In this document: piece by piece, positions 1 through 10,275 of the stretch | Layout: every line of letters begins with the position of its first letter | Position numbering within the stretch: the first letter of the stretch is position 1 | NCBI RefSeq assembly: GCF_000281045.1 | Contig: NW_008246158.1 | Span: 43,707 to 75,961, forward strand | DNA length: 32,255 nt | DNA from: Saprolegnia diclina VS20 | Taxonomy: Eukaryota | Direction of reading: 5' to 3' | The notes under the pieces: model-generated | What the model saw: the letters and a program-made list of their open reading frames with translations, nothing else | Told to the model about the DNA's origin: nothing | Database searches by the model: none | Program-made: the position numbers and the translations under genes

Positions 1-788
1 GTCGACATTTGGTGGATCAAGTCAAAGCCGCGCGACTCAAAGAGGTTGAACGACTCGTTGTAGCCGCCGTCGAAAGCCGGGAGCACAAAGCAGAGGAAGA
101 GCACGATCAGCGCGACGCGGCGGATGGTCATTTCCGCCATGCGCCCGCCGGTCTTGCTCTCGACGATGACCAACTCGGACTCGGCGTTGCTGTGCTTCCA
201 CTTGATGAGCTTCACGACGCGGATGAGTCGGATGACGCGGACGACGCGGACGATGCGCCCGGCCGTCGAGCCCGCTTTCGAGACGCTGGAGACCGTGTCG
301 GCGCTGGTCAGTGGCGTCCAAATGAACCCAATGTCGGGCAGAAGCGAGAGCGTGGCGATCACGTCAAGGTAAAAGTAGAACGAGAGGAGGTAGCCCGGTT
401 TGCAGCGGCACGAAATGGCAAACTCGACAAGGAAGAGGAGAAGACAGACGAACGCGACGGCGTAGAAGCCCATGTCGGCGCTCTTGCTGAAGAAGGCAGC
501 TCGAAAGTCATCAGCGAAGAGGCAGTAGAGCGTGATGAAGCTCATCAAGCCCGCGTACGACTTGCGCTCGAGGATCGCCATGCCCCAGCGCTGCGTCGGC
601 GTGCGCATCGTGCCAGCCTTGTGGAAGGCCGGGGTCCGCACCGTGGACATGGTCGTGAACTTGTTCATGGACGTGTCCCGGTGCATCCCTTGGCCCGTGT
701 TGGTCGACTGCAGCTCGGGCGAGATCTTGCGCGTGTTCTTCATCGTCGCAGTGTGCGTCACGGGGCCCGCCACCGGGGCTGGTTTCAT
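1..788 (-). CDS. 5' portion of a voltage-sensor (S1-S4) membrane protein, probably an ion-channel-like adenylyl cyclase; continues past the left edge of the window
   Basis: Open frame from ATG at 788, missing from the ORF track because no stop falls in the window. Translation: MKPAPVAGP...YAGLMSFITLYCLFADDFRAAFF...FYAVAFVCLLLFLVEFAISC...SFYFYLDVIATLSLLPDI...GRIVRVVRVIRLIRVVKLIK...ESKTGGRMAEMTIRRVALIVLFL. It has TM helices plus an S4-like R-x-x repeat, and the post-S4 segment resembles ciliate/apicomplexan channel-type adenylyl cyclases. The cyclase domain itself is not in the window. Confidence 0.75.
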   Translation of the reverse strand, partial: MKPAPVAGPVTHTATMKNTRKISPELQSTNTGQGMHRDTSMNKFTTMSTVRTPAFHKAGTMRTPTQRWGMAILERKSYAGLMSFITLYCLFADDFRAAFFSKSADMGFYAVAFVCLLLFLVEFAISCRCKPGYLLSFYFYLDVIATLSLLPDIGFIWTPLTSADTVSSVSKAGSTAGRIVRVVRVIRLIRVVKLIKWKHSNAESELVIVESKTGGRMAEMTIRRVALIVLFLCFVLPAFDGGYNESFNLFESRGFDLIHQMS

Positions 789-1394
789 CGAGAGGCCGGG
801 AGAGGCGGGCAGGGTGCGCGCCAAACGGACTGTTGGGCACTGCGCGCGCTATTTTAGACAGGCAGTTCGAAACCAATGCCGGCTCGTAACGTCTCCTTCA
901 TCCACGATTTCTTGCGCGTTGAGCTTTGTTTCGTTGAGACCGACCGACCTTTTGAGTGGCCAACGAGAGGTGCGTGGTGGGGCTATCAAGGGTATCTGGC
1001 GTCTACTAGTGTTATGTACTCTGGTGGTCTTTCGCTCGAGCCAGAGCCTACGCGAGGCTGGTACACGTACGAGCTCGGTCTGCTCGTATCCACAGCGCAC
1101 ACGCTTTGCGTCGACGACGAGCCGCAAGCGTTGCTGTGTAGGCTTCACGATAGCACTTGCGGCATGCCGGCTACAGAAGTCCTCGCCCGCACGCAAAGCT
1201 TGGGAACCGGGACGTGATGCGCTGCCGCCGTTGCCACTGAATGCATCAAGTGAGCCATGTTACTCCACTGCAGATGGGCCATCGTCGTATTTGCCATTTT
1301 GCTCTGGAAATGAGCATCCCTGCTGAGAACAATACGCAAAGAGGAGCACACCACCTCTGTTCACTTCGACAAATACTTATATATCTATTGCACT

Positions 1395-2745
1395 CTACGC
1401 CTTGTTCTCGACGTAGTGGTCGAGCGGCTCTTCCATCTGGCTCACAAACGACTTGCGCACGTCGTCGTCTTCCATGGCGAGCTTGGCCTTGAAGTCGTTG
1501 TCCATGACACTCGCCTCGTCATTGTTGTCAAACATGCAAAAGACCGTCAGCAAAATCGTGAGCACCGAGATGCCCGCAAACGTAAACCACGTGCCGACGT
1601 AGCCAAAGCTCGGGTTGTCGACCCAGAGCGAGAAGCCATACGACCCAATCGACGCGCCAGCCTTGCCCATGGCGGCCGAGAAGCCGTGGCACGAGCTGCG
1701 GATCGCGGTCGGGTACATCTCGGTGGGCATGACAAACGTCGACATGTTGGGGCCAAAGTTGGCAAAGAAGAGCGTCAAGCCAAAGAGCACGATGAAGCCG
1801 GCGCTCGACTTGCGGATCTCGTCCCACCAGATGCCGAGGATGAGGAAGACGACCGTCATGACCGTGCAGCCCTGGAGCATGATGCGCTTGCGGCCCATCT
1901 TGTTGATGAAGTAGCACGCGACGTAGTACCCCGGCAGCGCCACGAGCGAGATCAAGACGTTCTGGAGCGCGACNNNNNNNNNNNNNNNNNNNNNNNNNNN
2001 NNNNNNNNNNNNNNNNNNNNNNNNNNNNNNNNNNNNNNNNNNNNNNNNNNNNNNNNNNNNNNNNNNNNNNNNNNNNNNNNNNNNNNNNNNNNNNNNNNNN
2101 NNNNNNNNNNNNNNNNNNNNNNNNNNNNNNNNNNNNNNNNNNNNNNNNNNNNNNNNNNTCGGCCGTGATGCGGTAGTAGACAAGGAACAAGGCCGGGAGG
2201 ACGCCAAAGCCAAAGAGCACGCGCCACATGATCTCGAGGTTCTGGTCCGTCTCATCGAGAGCGTTGACCATGATCAAACCGAGGATGCCGGCCGTGAAGA
2301 AGCCGACACCTTGCAGCGAGAACGTCAGCGACACGCGGCGGTTGCGGTCGGCGGGCGACGTGGCATCTTCCGACGACGACGACGCCGCCAGCGGGTACTC
2401 GCCACCGATACCGAAACCGAGGACACCGCGCGCAATGACCAAGAACCACAGCGTGCCATGGGCCGAGCCGCCGTAGGCTGCGGCCGTGAGGATGCCACCA
2501 ATGATCAAGATGGCGCAGGTCGCAATCATGCAGTTCTTGCGGCCGTACATGTCACCGAGAAAGCCAAACGTGAGCTGCCCGAGGACAGCGCCGATGAGCG
2601 CGGCCGTCGAGACGTTGGACTTCATGTCGGCCGTGTACTCGGTGCGGTACTGGTGCTTGAGGATGATGTTGACGATGTTGATGACCTGGAGGTCGTACGC
2701 GTCGTTGAAGAAGCCGAGGCCGCGGAGGAAGAACTTGTTGACCAT
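1395..2745 (-). CDS. Phosphate:H+ symporter (MFS, PHO84/PHT1 family), copy 1; interrupted by an assembly gap
   Basis: Motifs MVNKFFLRGLGFFNDAYDL, GQLTFGFLGDMYGRK, GIGGEYPLAASSSSE, SLQGVG, FANFGPNMST and SAAMGKAGA. ATG at 2745, TAG at 1395-1397, N gap 1974-2158. Confidence 0.93.
1974..2158. other. Assembly gap (N-run) inside transporter copy 1
   Basis: Run of N. Confidence 1.
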
Positions 2746-3865
2746 GCTGGCGGGACGACTGAGGAAAAGGCAAAGTGAGCTCAACCAAGCCGAGCGAGTC
2801 GTGAGGAAAGGGCCCCAGAGTTGTTGAAGTCCCGAGTGCAACAGAAGACAACAGATTCGTTTAATAAAAAGTTTGTATGGTATCGAATGTCAAAAACATC
2901 TGGTCAGGCCGTGTGGCGACACACCTTCTGGTTCGGCACGCTCTCTGCTTCGTGACAGTCTTGGGTGATAGTGCAGTTCTTTCGTTTTTCTACGAAGCAT
3001 CTTCATGGTCCTGGAGAATCCAGGGAACCATGCTATCGGCAATCACAGCAGAGGTGTTTTTTCGATGATTGGCCATCGAGTACCGAGACGCATTTGAGCT
3101 AGACGATCTCTAGAATCATCTCTTCTAGCCAAATTAGACTGCATCCACGCGTTCACCAATGTTTCGAACGCTAGTAGTTTGTATAATTAGTGGCTTGAAG
3201 CAGGATTGCGCCAAATCGTTGCGCTCTAGTTACCAACTCGACACCATAAAAGTCAACGAGACCGCAAGCAACCCTCTCAAAGTTCAATCGCATACGACGT
3301 GCGAGATGAGCGAATCCGAGATTCGATTGCGGGCAACACCCCTTTCCTCGCTTCAAGCTTTGCAGTCCACGCCGTTCAACACGCGAGCCCCGAGGACGCC
3401 GATACTGACGCTCCGGTTACTACTCTCACAGCGCTTTGCGCGCCTACTGGCATCGAATACAGGCGATGCGGTTTGCAGTATTTGCTCGTCGCTGGATAGT
3501 TTTGGAGCAAAATTACTGCTGCCACGTCTGAGGCAAGCAGCTCCGACGCATGCCTGCCCCCGAACAGCGTCAACTTGGAGTACTCGTAGCACTACGGTGC
3601 CGAGTACTTGCTGGTCGACTGCGAAGGCACACCAGGTATATTTTCCCGTTGGAAGAGCAAGGCGCCACAGCCATTCACCTAAACGAGCGTCGAGCGTTCA
3701 GCGTTCAGCGTCGGCAGCACTCACATCATCGTTCCCCATCTGTTTGAGACGTGACATTCCTTCCCATACACATATGTAGTCTATCGAATCCAAGATTCCC
3801 TCGGCGACCCACTTCCTTTTCCTCATGCAGCACCACATGGTGCGGCTCGCGCTCGGCTCGGGTGA

Positions 3866-3886
3866 GCTCACTTTGCCTTTTCCTCA
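3866..3886 (+). promoter_or_regulatory. Oomycete INR+FPR-like core promoter of transporter copy 2 (same element at about 2760-2780 on - for copy 1 and about 8906-8921 for copy 3)
   Basis: GCTCACTTTGCCTTTT resembles the oomycete INR/FPR consensus GCTCATTYYNCAWTTT. It sits about 20-35 nt upstream of the ATG in all three copies. Confidence 0.65.
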
Positions 3887-3900
3887 GTCGTCCCGCCAGC

Positions 3901-5259
3901 ATGGTCAACAAGTTCTTCCTCCGCGGCCTCGGCTTCTTCAACGACGCGTACGACCTCCAGGTCATCAACATCGTCAACATCATCCTCAAGCACCAGTACC
4001 GCACCGAGTACACGGCCGACATGAAGTCCAACGTCTCGACCGCCGCGCTCATCGGCGCTGTCCTCGGGCAGCTCACGTTTGGCTTTCTCGGTGACATGTA
4101 CGGCCGCAAGAACTGCATGATTGCGACCTGCGCCATCTTGATNNNNNNNNNNNNNNNNNNNNNNNNNNNNNNNNNNNNNNNNNNNNNNNNNNNNNNNNNN
4201 NNNNNNNNNNNNNNNNNNNNNNNNNNNNNNNNNNNNNNNNNNNNNNNNNNNNNNNNNNNNNNNNNNNNNNNNNNNNNNNNNNNNNNNNNNNNNNNNNNNN
4301 NNNNNNNNNNNNNNNNNNNNNNNNNNNNNNNNNNNNNNNNNNNNNNNNNNNNNNNNNNNNNNNNNNNNNNNNNNNNNNNNNNNNNNNNNNNNNNNNNNNN
4401 NNNNNNNNNNNNNNNNNNNNNNNNNNNNNNNNNNNNNNNNNNNNNNNNNNNNNNNNNNNNNNNNNNNNNNNNNNNNNNNNNNNNNNNNNNNNNNNNNNNN
4501 NNNNNNNNNNNNNNNNNNNNNNNNNNNNNNNNNNNNNNNNNNNNNNNNNNNNNNNNNTACTGGAAGAGCCTCCTCGGCACGGCCGGCACGTGGTTCCTCT
4601 TTGACATTGTGTTTTACGCGCAAAACCTCTTCTCTGCCTCAATTCTCTCGGTCGTCGGTGCCAAGAGCACGCTCCGCACCACTGCGCTCCAGAACGTCTT
4701 GATCTCGCTCGTGGCGCTGCCGGGGTACTACGTCGCGTGCTACTTCATCAACAAGATGGGCCGCAAGCGCATCATGCTCCAGGGCTGCACGGTCATGACG
4801 GTCGTCTTCCTCATCCTCGGCATCTGGTGGGACGAGATCCGCAAGTCGAGCGCCGGCTTCATCGTGCTCTTTGGCTTGACGCTCTTCTTTGCCAACTTTG
4901 GCCCCAACATGTCGACGTTCGTCATGCCCACCGAGATGTACCCGACCGCGATCCGCAGCTCGTGCCACGGCTTCTCGGCCGCCATGGGCAAGGCCGGCGC
5001 GTCGATTGGGTCGTACGGCTTCTCGCTCTGGGTCGACAACCCGAGCTTTGGCTACGTCGGCACGTGGTTTACGTTTGCGGGCATCTCGGTGCTCACGATT
5101 TTGCTGACGGTCTTTTGCATGTTTGACAACAATGACGAGGCGAGCGTCATGGACAACGACTTCAAGGCCAAGCTCGCCATGGAAGACGACGACGTGCGCA
5201 AGTCGTTTGTGAGCCAGATGGAAGAGCCGCTCGACCACTACGTCGAGAACAAGGCGTAG
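3901..5259 (+). CDS. Phosphate:H+ symporter (PHO84/PHT1 family), copy 2; interrupted by an assembly gap
   Basis: Near-identical to copy 1 in inverted orientation. WFLFDIVFYAQNLF matches the PHT1 WFLLDIAFYSQNLF Pi-binding helix. N gap 4143-4557. Confidence 0.93.
   Translation: MVNKFFLRGLGFFNDAYDLQVINIVNIILKHQYRTEYTADMKSNVSTAALIGAVLGQLTFGFLGDMYGRKNCMIATCAILXXXXXXXXXXXXXXXXXXXXXXXXXXXXXXXXXXXXXXXXXXXXXXXXXXXXXXXXXXXXXXXXXXXXXXXXXXXXXXXXXXXXXXXXXXXXXXXXXXXXXXXXXXXXXXXXXXXXXXXXXXXXXXXXXXXXXXXXXXXYWKSLLGTAGTWFLFDIVFYAQNLFSASILSVVGAKSTLRTTALQNVLISLVALPGYYVACYFINKMGRKRIMLQGCTVMTVVFLILGIWWDEIRKSSAGFIVLFGLTLFFANFGPNMSTFVMPTEMYPTAIRSSCHGFSAAMGKAGASIGSYGFSLWVDNPSFGYVGTWFTFAGISVLTILLTVFCMFDNNDEASVMDNDFKAKLAMEDDDVRKSFVSQMEEPLDHYVENKA
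4143..4557. other. Assembly gap (N-run) inside transporter copy 2
   Basis: Run of N. Confidence 1.
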
Positions 5260-5537
5260 AGTGCAATAGATATATAAGTATTTGTCGAAGTGAACAGAGA
5301 TGGTGTGTTCCTCTTTGCGTATTGTTGTTTGCCGGTTGGCTATCGTCAATGCTAGTGTACCTCTGTAGTCCATTAATTGTCAGTATCCCAGCTAGTGAGC
5401 AAACGAGGTCGCGGCGCTCCCAATGGGACTTCGTGATGCGGCTGCTGGAAGGTCGCTGGACAGGCCGCCGTGTAGAGTGATGGGCATGAATGTATGTCGT
5501 GGAGCTCGTATCTTTGGTGAGTGGACGAGGCGGCGCG

Positions 5538-8048
5538 ATGTTCGAATGGCTCTTTGGTTCGGCCGACCCGACTGCCGTAAATCGCTGTGTACGATGCAGT
5601 GTGCTAAAGTGTCGTGTGCTCTAGTTGCTCGTGAGCGCAGCGCGCGCTGGCGATACGACAGAGGCGAGCGCGCTTCTGCGTGCTGGTGCAAACATCCACG
5701 GCGCCAACAAGGTCGGCGACAGGCCGTGACCAACGACGGCTGATATCTATGTAGTTTGGCAATACGGCATTGCACGAGGCAGCGTACTGGGGCCATGTGG
5801 AAATGGTGGCGCTGCTCCTTGCGTCTGGCGCCAATGTCGACTGTGCCAACGAGGTACGTAACCAGCGCTTTTCTGCATCATACCTAAGCGTATGTCAGTA
5901 GATTGGCTGGACTCCATTGCACGAAGCCGGGCGCATGGGCCATACAGCGGTCGCGGTCAGTCTCCTCGCTGCGTCTGCGAGCATGGACCACACAGACAAG
6001 GTGCGCGCGTATTCTCATCGCAGCAGTACCAATAAGAACACAGGACGGCTGGACGCCGTTGCATCAAGCTGCTTGGTACGGACACGCGGGCACTGCGTCA
6101 GTGCTTGTCGCTCAGCCAGGAGATGTCTTGTGCTTGTGTGATCACGTAATCGGTTGCTAAATCCTTGGGATGCGGTCATCCTTGCATGTCGTAGAAGGGC
6201 CGAAGCGTCCTCGACCTCGCTCGCCTTCGGCACCACACAACTGTGGTCGACGTCATCCAGAGGGCTCTCGCAAAAGAGGTACGTTGGTTGTCCAGCGAGA
6301 GGCTTCACGTCGCCGTAGCTTGGGCACGCCATCGAGAACGGCAACGCTATGCGTGTGCGACAGCTCCTCACTGCGGGCGCGTCGACCGCAAAGGCCACCG
6401 AGGCACGCGTCGTCCTGTTAGCAGCATCCATAAAGATGACATAGGCGGGCACTTCACCGCTCGTGCTGGCGCTTCGCCACTGGTCCTGCCTCGTACAGCT
6501 CCTCAAACACCCCAACGTCGAAGTCGACTTCGCTACAGAGGTAGTGCTTTTTTGTCAAGCTGGAAATCTCAGAAGCGTTGTGGAAGGGAGACGCGATGAC
6601 GCCGTTGCTGCATGCCACCTCCATGGGGTGCAAAGCCAGCGTCGGCCTCTTATTGCTCGCTTCTGCCAACGTGGACGCCATCGACGCCGCGGTATGGATT
6701 TCTACAACATACAAGATCTTAGAGCTTGGTGTAGACGGGGCGAACGGCCCTCTGCTTGGCGGCGACCCACGGCCATGTCGAGATTGTCGACTTGCTTCTC
6801 GCGGACGGGGCAAATGTTGACCATAAAGATCTCGTAGGTGGATTTACACTCACCTAACCCTGTAAAGATTAAACTATTGTCCAGACGGGACGCACACCGC
6901 TCGTGGCGGCCAGCGAGGCGGGCCACTTGCCCGTCGTGCGCCGCCTCCTCGCCGCCAATGAGACTCGGGTACGTGAGGCACGCTCGTCTGTCGCCTCGAC
7001 ACGCGACCGTAGTGTCGGGACGCGGCGCTACACGTGGCGATTGCCCGCGGCCACCGCGACGTCGCTGCCATCCTGTATGCGCCGCTGCCCGTGCGCTCGG
7101 TAGACGCATCAACATGTTAGTCTTTTCGGTTTAGTGACAAGCGTAGATCCCAGAGGCACCCTGGATCGACCTTTCGTCGGCGACGCTGCTTGGGGACGGA
7201 AGCTACGGTGTCGTGTATAAAGCATTATTTCAAGGCGCCGTCGTGGCCGTCAAGATCCCCAAGGCCCACGGCCTCGCCTCGTTTCATTGCGAAGTCGCTG
7301 CGATGACCAAGTACGACACCTCTCTCATAGCAACGTGGCGCTATATTCGAGTAGGTGTCGGTCGCCGTACGTGCTGCCGCTGCTGGCTGTTATCCATCCG
7401 ACCTCGCCAACACCTCAGATGGTGCTACCCTATATGGACGGTGGCAGCTTGCGCTCGCTGCTCAAGACGTCGGCCTTCCCGATCTCGCTTTGGCGCGTGG
7501 CGTGGGTCATTGCCAACGCTCTTTTGGATCTGCACACGATGCAGATTCTACATCGCGACGTCAAGTCCGACAACATCTTATTGAGTGTTGACGGCCGCGT
7601 ACTTCTCAGTGACCTTGGCGTCGCAAGAGAAGTGCTGGATCTCAGCACCTTGACAAATGGCGTCGGAACGCCGTACTGGATCGCCCCCGAGGTGTTTGAG
7701 GGCGGTCACTACGACGCAGCCGCCGACGTCTACTCGTTCGGAGTCGTGCTCACCGAGCTCAGCACACGCAAGATGCCGTACTGGGACGCAGCTCTCAAAG
7801 GCTTTGCACTCATCGATGCCGTTCGGGCGGGTGAGGTGCGACCAACACTGGCAACCGACTGCGCCGACTGGTTCCGAGATCTCACCCACCGCTGCTTGCT
7901 TCACGATCCCAAGCTGCGCCCATCGGCAAGCGACATCGTAGCATTGCTGGCGCACCACCGAGACTCCTCAGTACTTGCCATCTATAGCACCAGCCTATCT
8001 CAACGTTTCGAGCAGGTTTCGACACGAACGGCCTCAGACGCCGGGTAG
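5538..8048 (+). CDS. Ankyrin-repeat protein kinase (TKL group), about 14 exons
   Basis: Spliced model: 5538-5576, 5625-5711, 5755-5853, 5902-6000, 6044-6145, 6195-6278, 6319-6402, 6445-6540, 6587-6691, 6735-6833, 6885-6968, 7013 to about 7099, about 7147-7310, about 7355-8048. Ankyrin units include FGNTALHEAAYWGHVEMVALLL, GWTPLHQAAWYGH and GRTALCLAATHGH. Kinase motifs: GDGSYGVV, VAVK, HRDVKSDN, DLG, GTPYWIAPE, DVYSFGV. Confidence 0.88.
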
Positions 8049-8855
8049 AACCACGCCATAAGCTGGCTCAGCCAGCGCGAGCTAGGGCCTGACCTGTAAG
8101 TACTACCGGCACTTGCACCCAACACTTTACTTGGCCTTGCGCGACGAAAGCAGGCAGGAAGCGTGCCATGATCACCGATGGCCGCAGAGGAAAAGACGAG
8201 GACACTGCGTCATCTTTGTGTTGAGGAAAGGGGCTTCCAGAGGAAAGGGTGATTTGTGGCGAAGATTTGATAGCATTTGATTTGAATGTGGACGATCCTA
8301 GGCCAGATCCAAGTCATCTCGGTGTTGTATGCAGGGGAATGTTGCCGATGTCGCCTGTCACATCGACTCCCACACTTTAGAGTGGGCCGTCGTCACCGCA
8401 GATTCGCTGCGAAGATTCCATTTGCACTTGGTACAAATGATATGGACGTCGAGACAGATGGTCAAGTGGGAATCTCGGGTCGTCGCCATCTGGCGCACCC
8501 AAAGGACGACGTCGCCCTGCACATTCGACGCTGGACGGAGTAAAACGCGTTTAACCGTACCCGGCCACAGACCAGGTCCCGCAAGGCCACCGAAAATGCG
8601 ATCAGTCAACAACCTGCGCTGCAGTGTAGTGCCAAAACGCTGTATTGGAGAGATCTTAAGCCTATTGAACGTTGGTGCCGAGGATCTTGGCGGTGTTATG
8701 GCAATGCTGCCATCGAGTTTAACGCCTTTAGGTCTGGGAGGGTTAACGCGTTGAAGACAAGGTGGCCTCGACGGCTGCGACGTTCAGCCCACGACGATGC
8801 TGGCTATCGAACGCAGTAGTATCTACAGCGTCGTTATAGACGCGCAGGGTCCGCA

Positions 8856-8902
8856 CCTTTTCCTCAAATTGGGCCTTTTCCTCACGATGGGCCTTTTCCT
8901 CA
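8856..8902 (+). repeat. Three CCTTTTCCTCA units at 18-bp periodicity directly upstream of the copy 3 core promoter
   Basis: Units at 8856-8866, 8874-8884 and 8892-8902. Confidence 0.85.
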
Positions 8903-8939
8903 GCAGCTCACTTTGCCTTTTGCCTGCTCCTCACCCGCA

Positions 8940-10275
8940 ATGATCAACAAGTTCTTCCTCCGCGGCCTCGGCTTCTTCAACGACGCGTACGACCTCTCGG
9001 TGGTCAACATCGTCAACATCATCCTCAAGCACCAGTACAAGGAAGACTACACGTCCGACATGAAGTCCAACGTCTCGACGGCCGCGCTCATCGGCGCTGT
9101 CCTCGGTCAGCTCACGTTTGGCTTTCTCGGTGACATGTACGGCCGCAAGAACTGCATGATTGCGACCTGCGCCATCTTGATTGTCGGTGGCATTCTCACC
9201 GCCGCAGCCTACGGCGGTTCGGACCATGCTACACTGTGGTTCTTGGTCATTGCGCGCGGTGTCCTCGGTTTCGGTATCGGTGGCGAGTACCCGCTGGCGG
9301 CGTCGTCGTCGTCGGAAGACGCCACGTCGCCCGCCGACCGCAACCGCCGCGTGTCGCTGACGTTCTCGCTGCAAGGTGTCGGCTTCCTCGTCGCCGGTGT
9401 GCTTGGTTTGATCATGGTCAACGCTCTCGATGAGACGGACCAGAACCTCGAGATCATGTGGCGCGTGCTCTTTGGGTTCGGTGTGCTGCCTGCGCTCTTC
9501 CTTGTCTACTACCGCATCACGGCCGAGGAGACGCACGTGTACAAGACGATGCTCGCGGAAGAAGTGCACATGAAGAAGATCCGGTGGTCGTTCATCATCC
9601 GCCACTACTGGAAGAGCCTCCTCGGCACGGCCGGCACGTGGTTCCTCTTTGACATTGTGTTTTACGCGCAAAACCTCTTNNNNNNNNNNNNNNNNNNNNN
9701 NNNNNNNNNNNNNNNNNNNNNNNNNNNNNNNNNNNNNNNNNNNNNNNNNNNNNNNNNNNNNNNNNNNNNNNNNNNNNNNNNNNNNNNNNNNNNNNNNNNN
9801 NNNNNNNNNNNNNNNNNNNNNNNNNNNNNNNNNNNNNNNNNNNNNNNNNNNNNNNNNNNNNNNNNNNNNNNNNNNNNNNNNNNNNNNNNNNNNNNNNNNN
9901 NNNNNNNNNNNNNNNNNNNNNNNNNNNNNNNNNNNNNNNNNNNNNNNNNNNNNNNNNNNNNNNNNNNNNNNNNNNNNNNNNNNNNNNNNNNNNNNNNNNN
10001 NNNNNNNNNNNNNNNNNNNNNNNNNNNNNNNNNNNNNNNNNNNNNNCGACAACCCGAGCTTTGGCTACGTCGGCACGTGGTTTACGTTTGCGGGCATCTC
10101 GGTGCTCACGATTTTGCTGACGGTCTTTTGCATGTTTGACAACAATGACGAGGCGAGCGTCATGGACAACGACTTCAAGGCCAAGCTCGCCATGGAAGAC
10201 GACGACGTGCGCAAGTCATTTGTGAGCCAGATGGAAGAGCCGATCAACGGTGACGATATTGGCGCCAAAGCGTAG
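8940..10275 (+). CDS. Phosphate:H+ symporter (PHO84/PHT1 family), copy 3; interrupted by an assembly gap
   Basis: MINKFFLRGLGFFNDAYDL...GGEYPLAASSSSE...WFLFDIVFYAQNL, then N gap 9680-10046, then ...MEEPINGDDIGAKA*. More diverged from copies 1 and 2 at the termini. Confidence 0.92.
9680..10046. other. Assembly gap (N-run) inside transporter copy 3
   Basis: Run of N. Confidence 1.

Larger units (their letters stand above)
1328..5327. repeat. Large inverted duplication (arms about 1328-2795 and 3850-5327) carrying transporter copies 1 and 2 head-to-head
   Basis: Reverse-complement identity covers the CDS, about 50 nt of 5' flank (GAGCTCACTTTGCCTTTTCCTCAGTCGTCCCGCCAGC) and about 70 nt of 3' flank (AGTGCAATAGATATATAAGTATTTGTCGAAGTGAACAGAG). 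Confidence 0.9.

Noticed and set aside
9..857. 282-aa plus-strand ORF and other long antisense ORFs (for example 12336-13718, 27138-27806, 22488-23126)
   Set aside because: Shadow ORFs opposite real GC3-rich genes, with no recognisable motifs.
8856..8902. Short regularly spaced repeats as a CRISPR-like array
   Set aside because: Eukaryotic context, 11-bp units with 7-bp spacers and no cas genes. Better read as a promoter motif cluster.
1395..10275. Apparent frameshifts in transporter copies 1 and 3, suggesting pseudogenes
   Set aside because: The frame changes fall inside N gaps. The composite CDS is 1368 nt, so the gap sizes are simply underestimated (by about 17, 9 and 35 nt for copies 1, 2 and 3).
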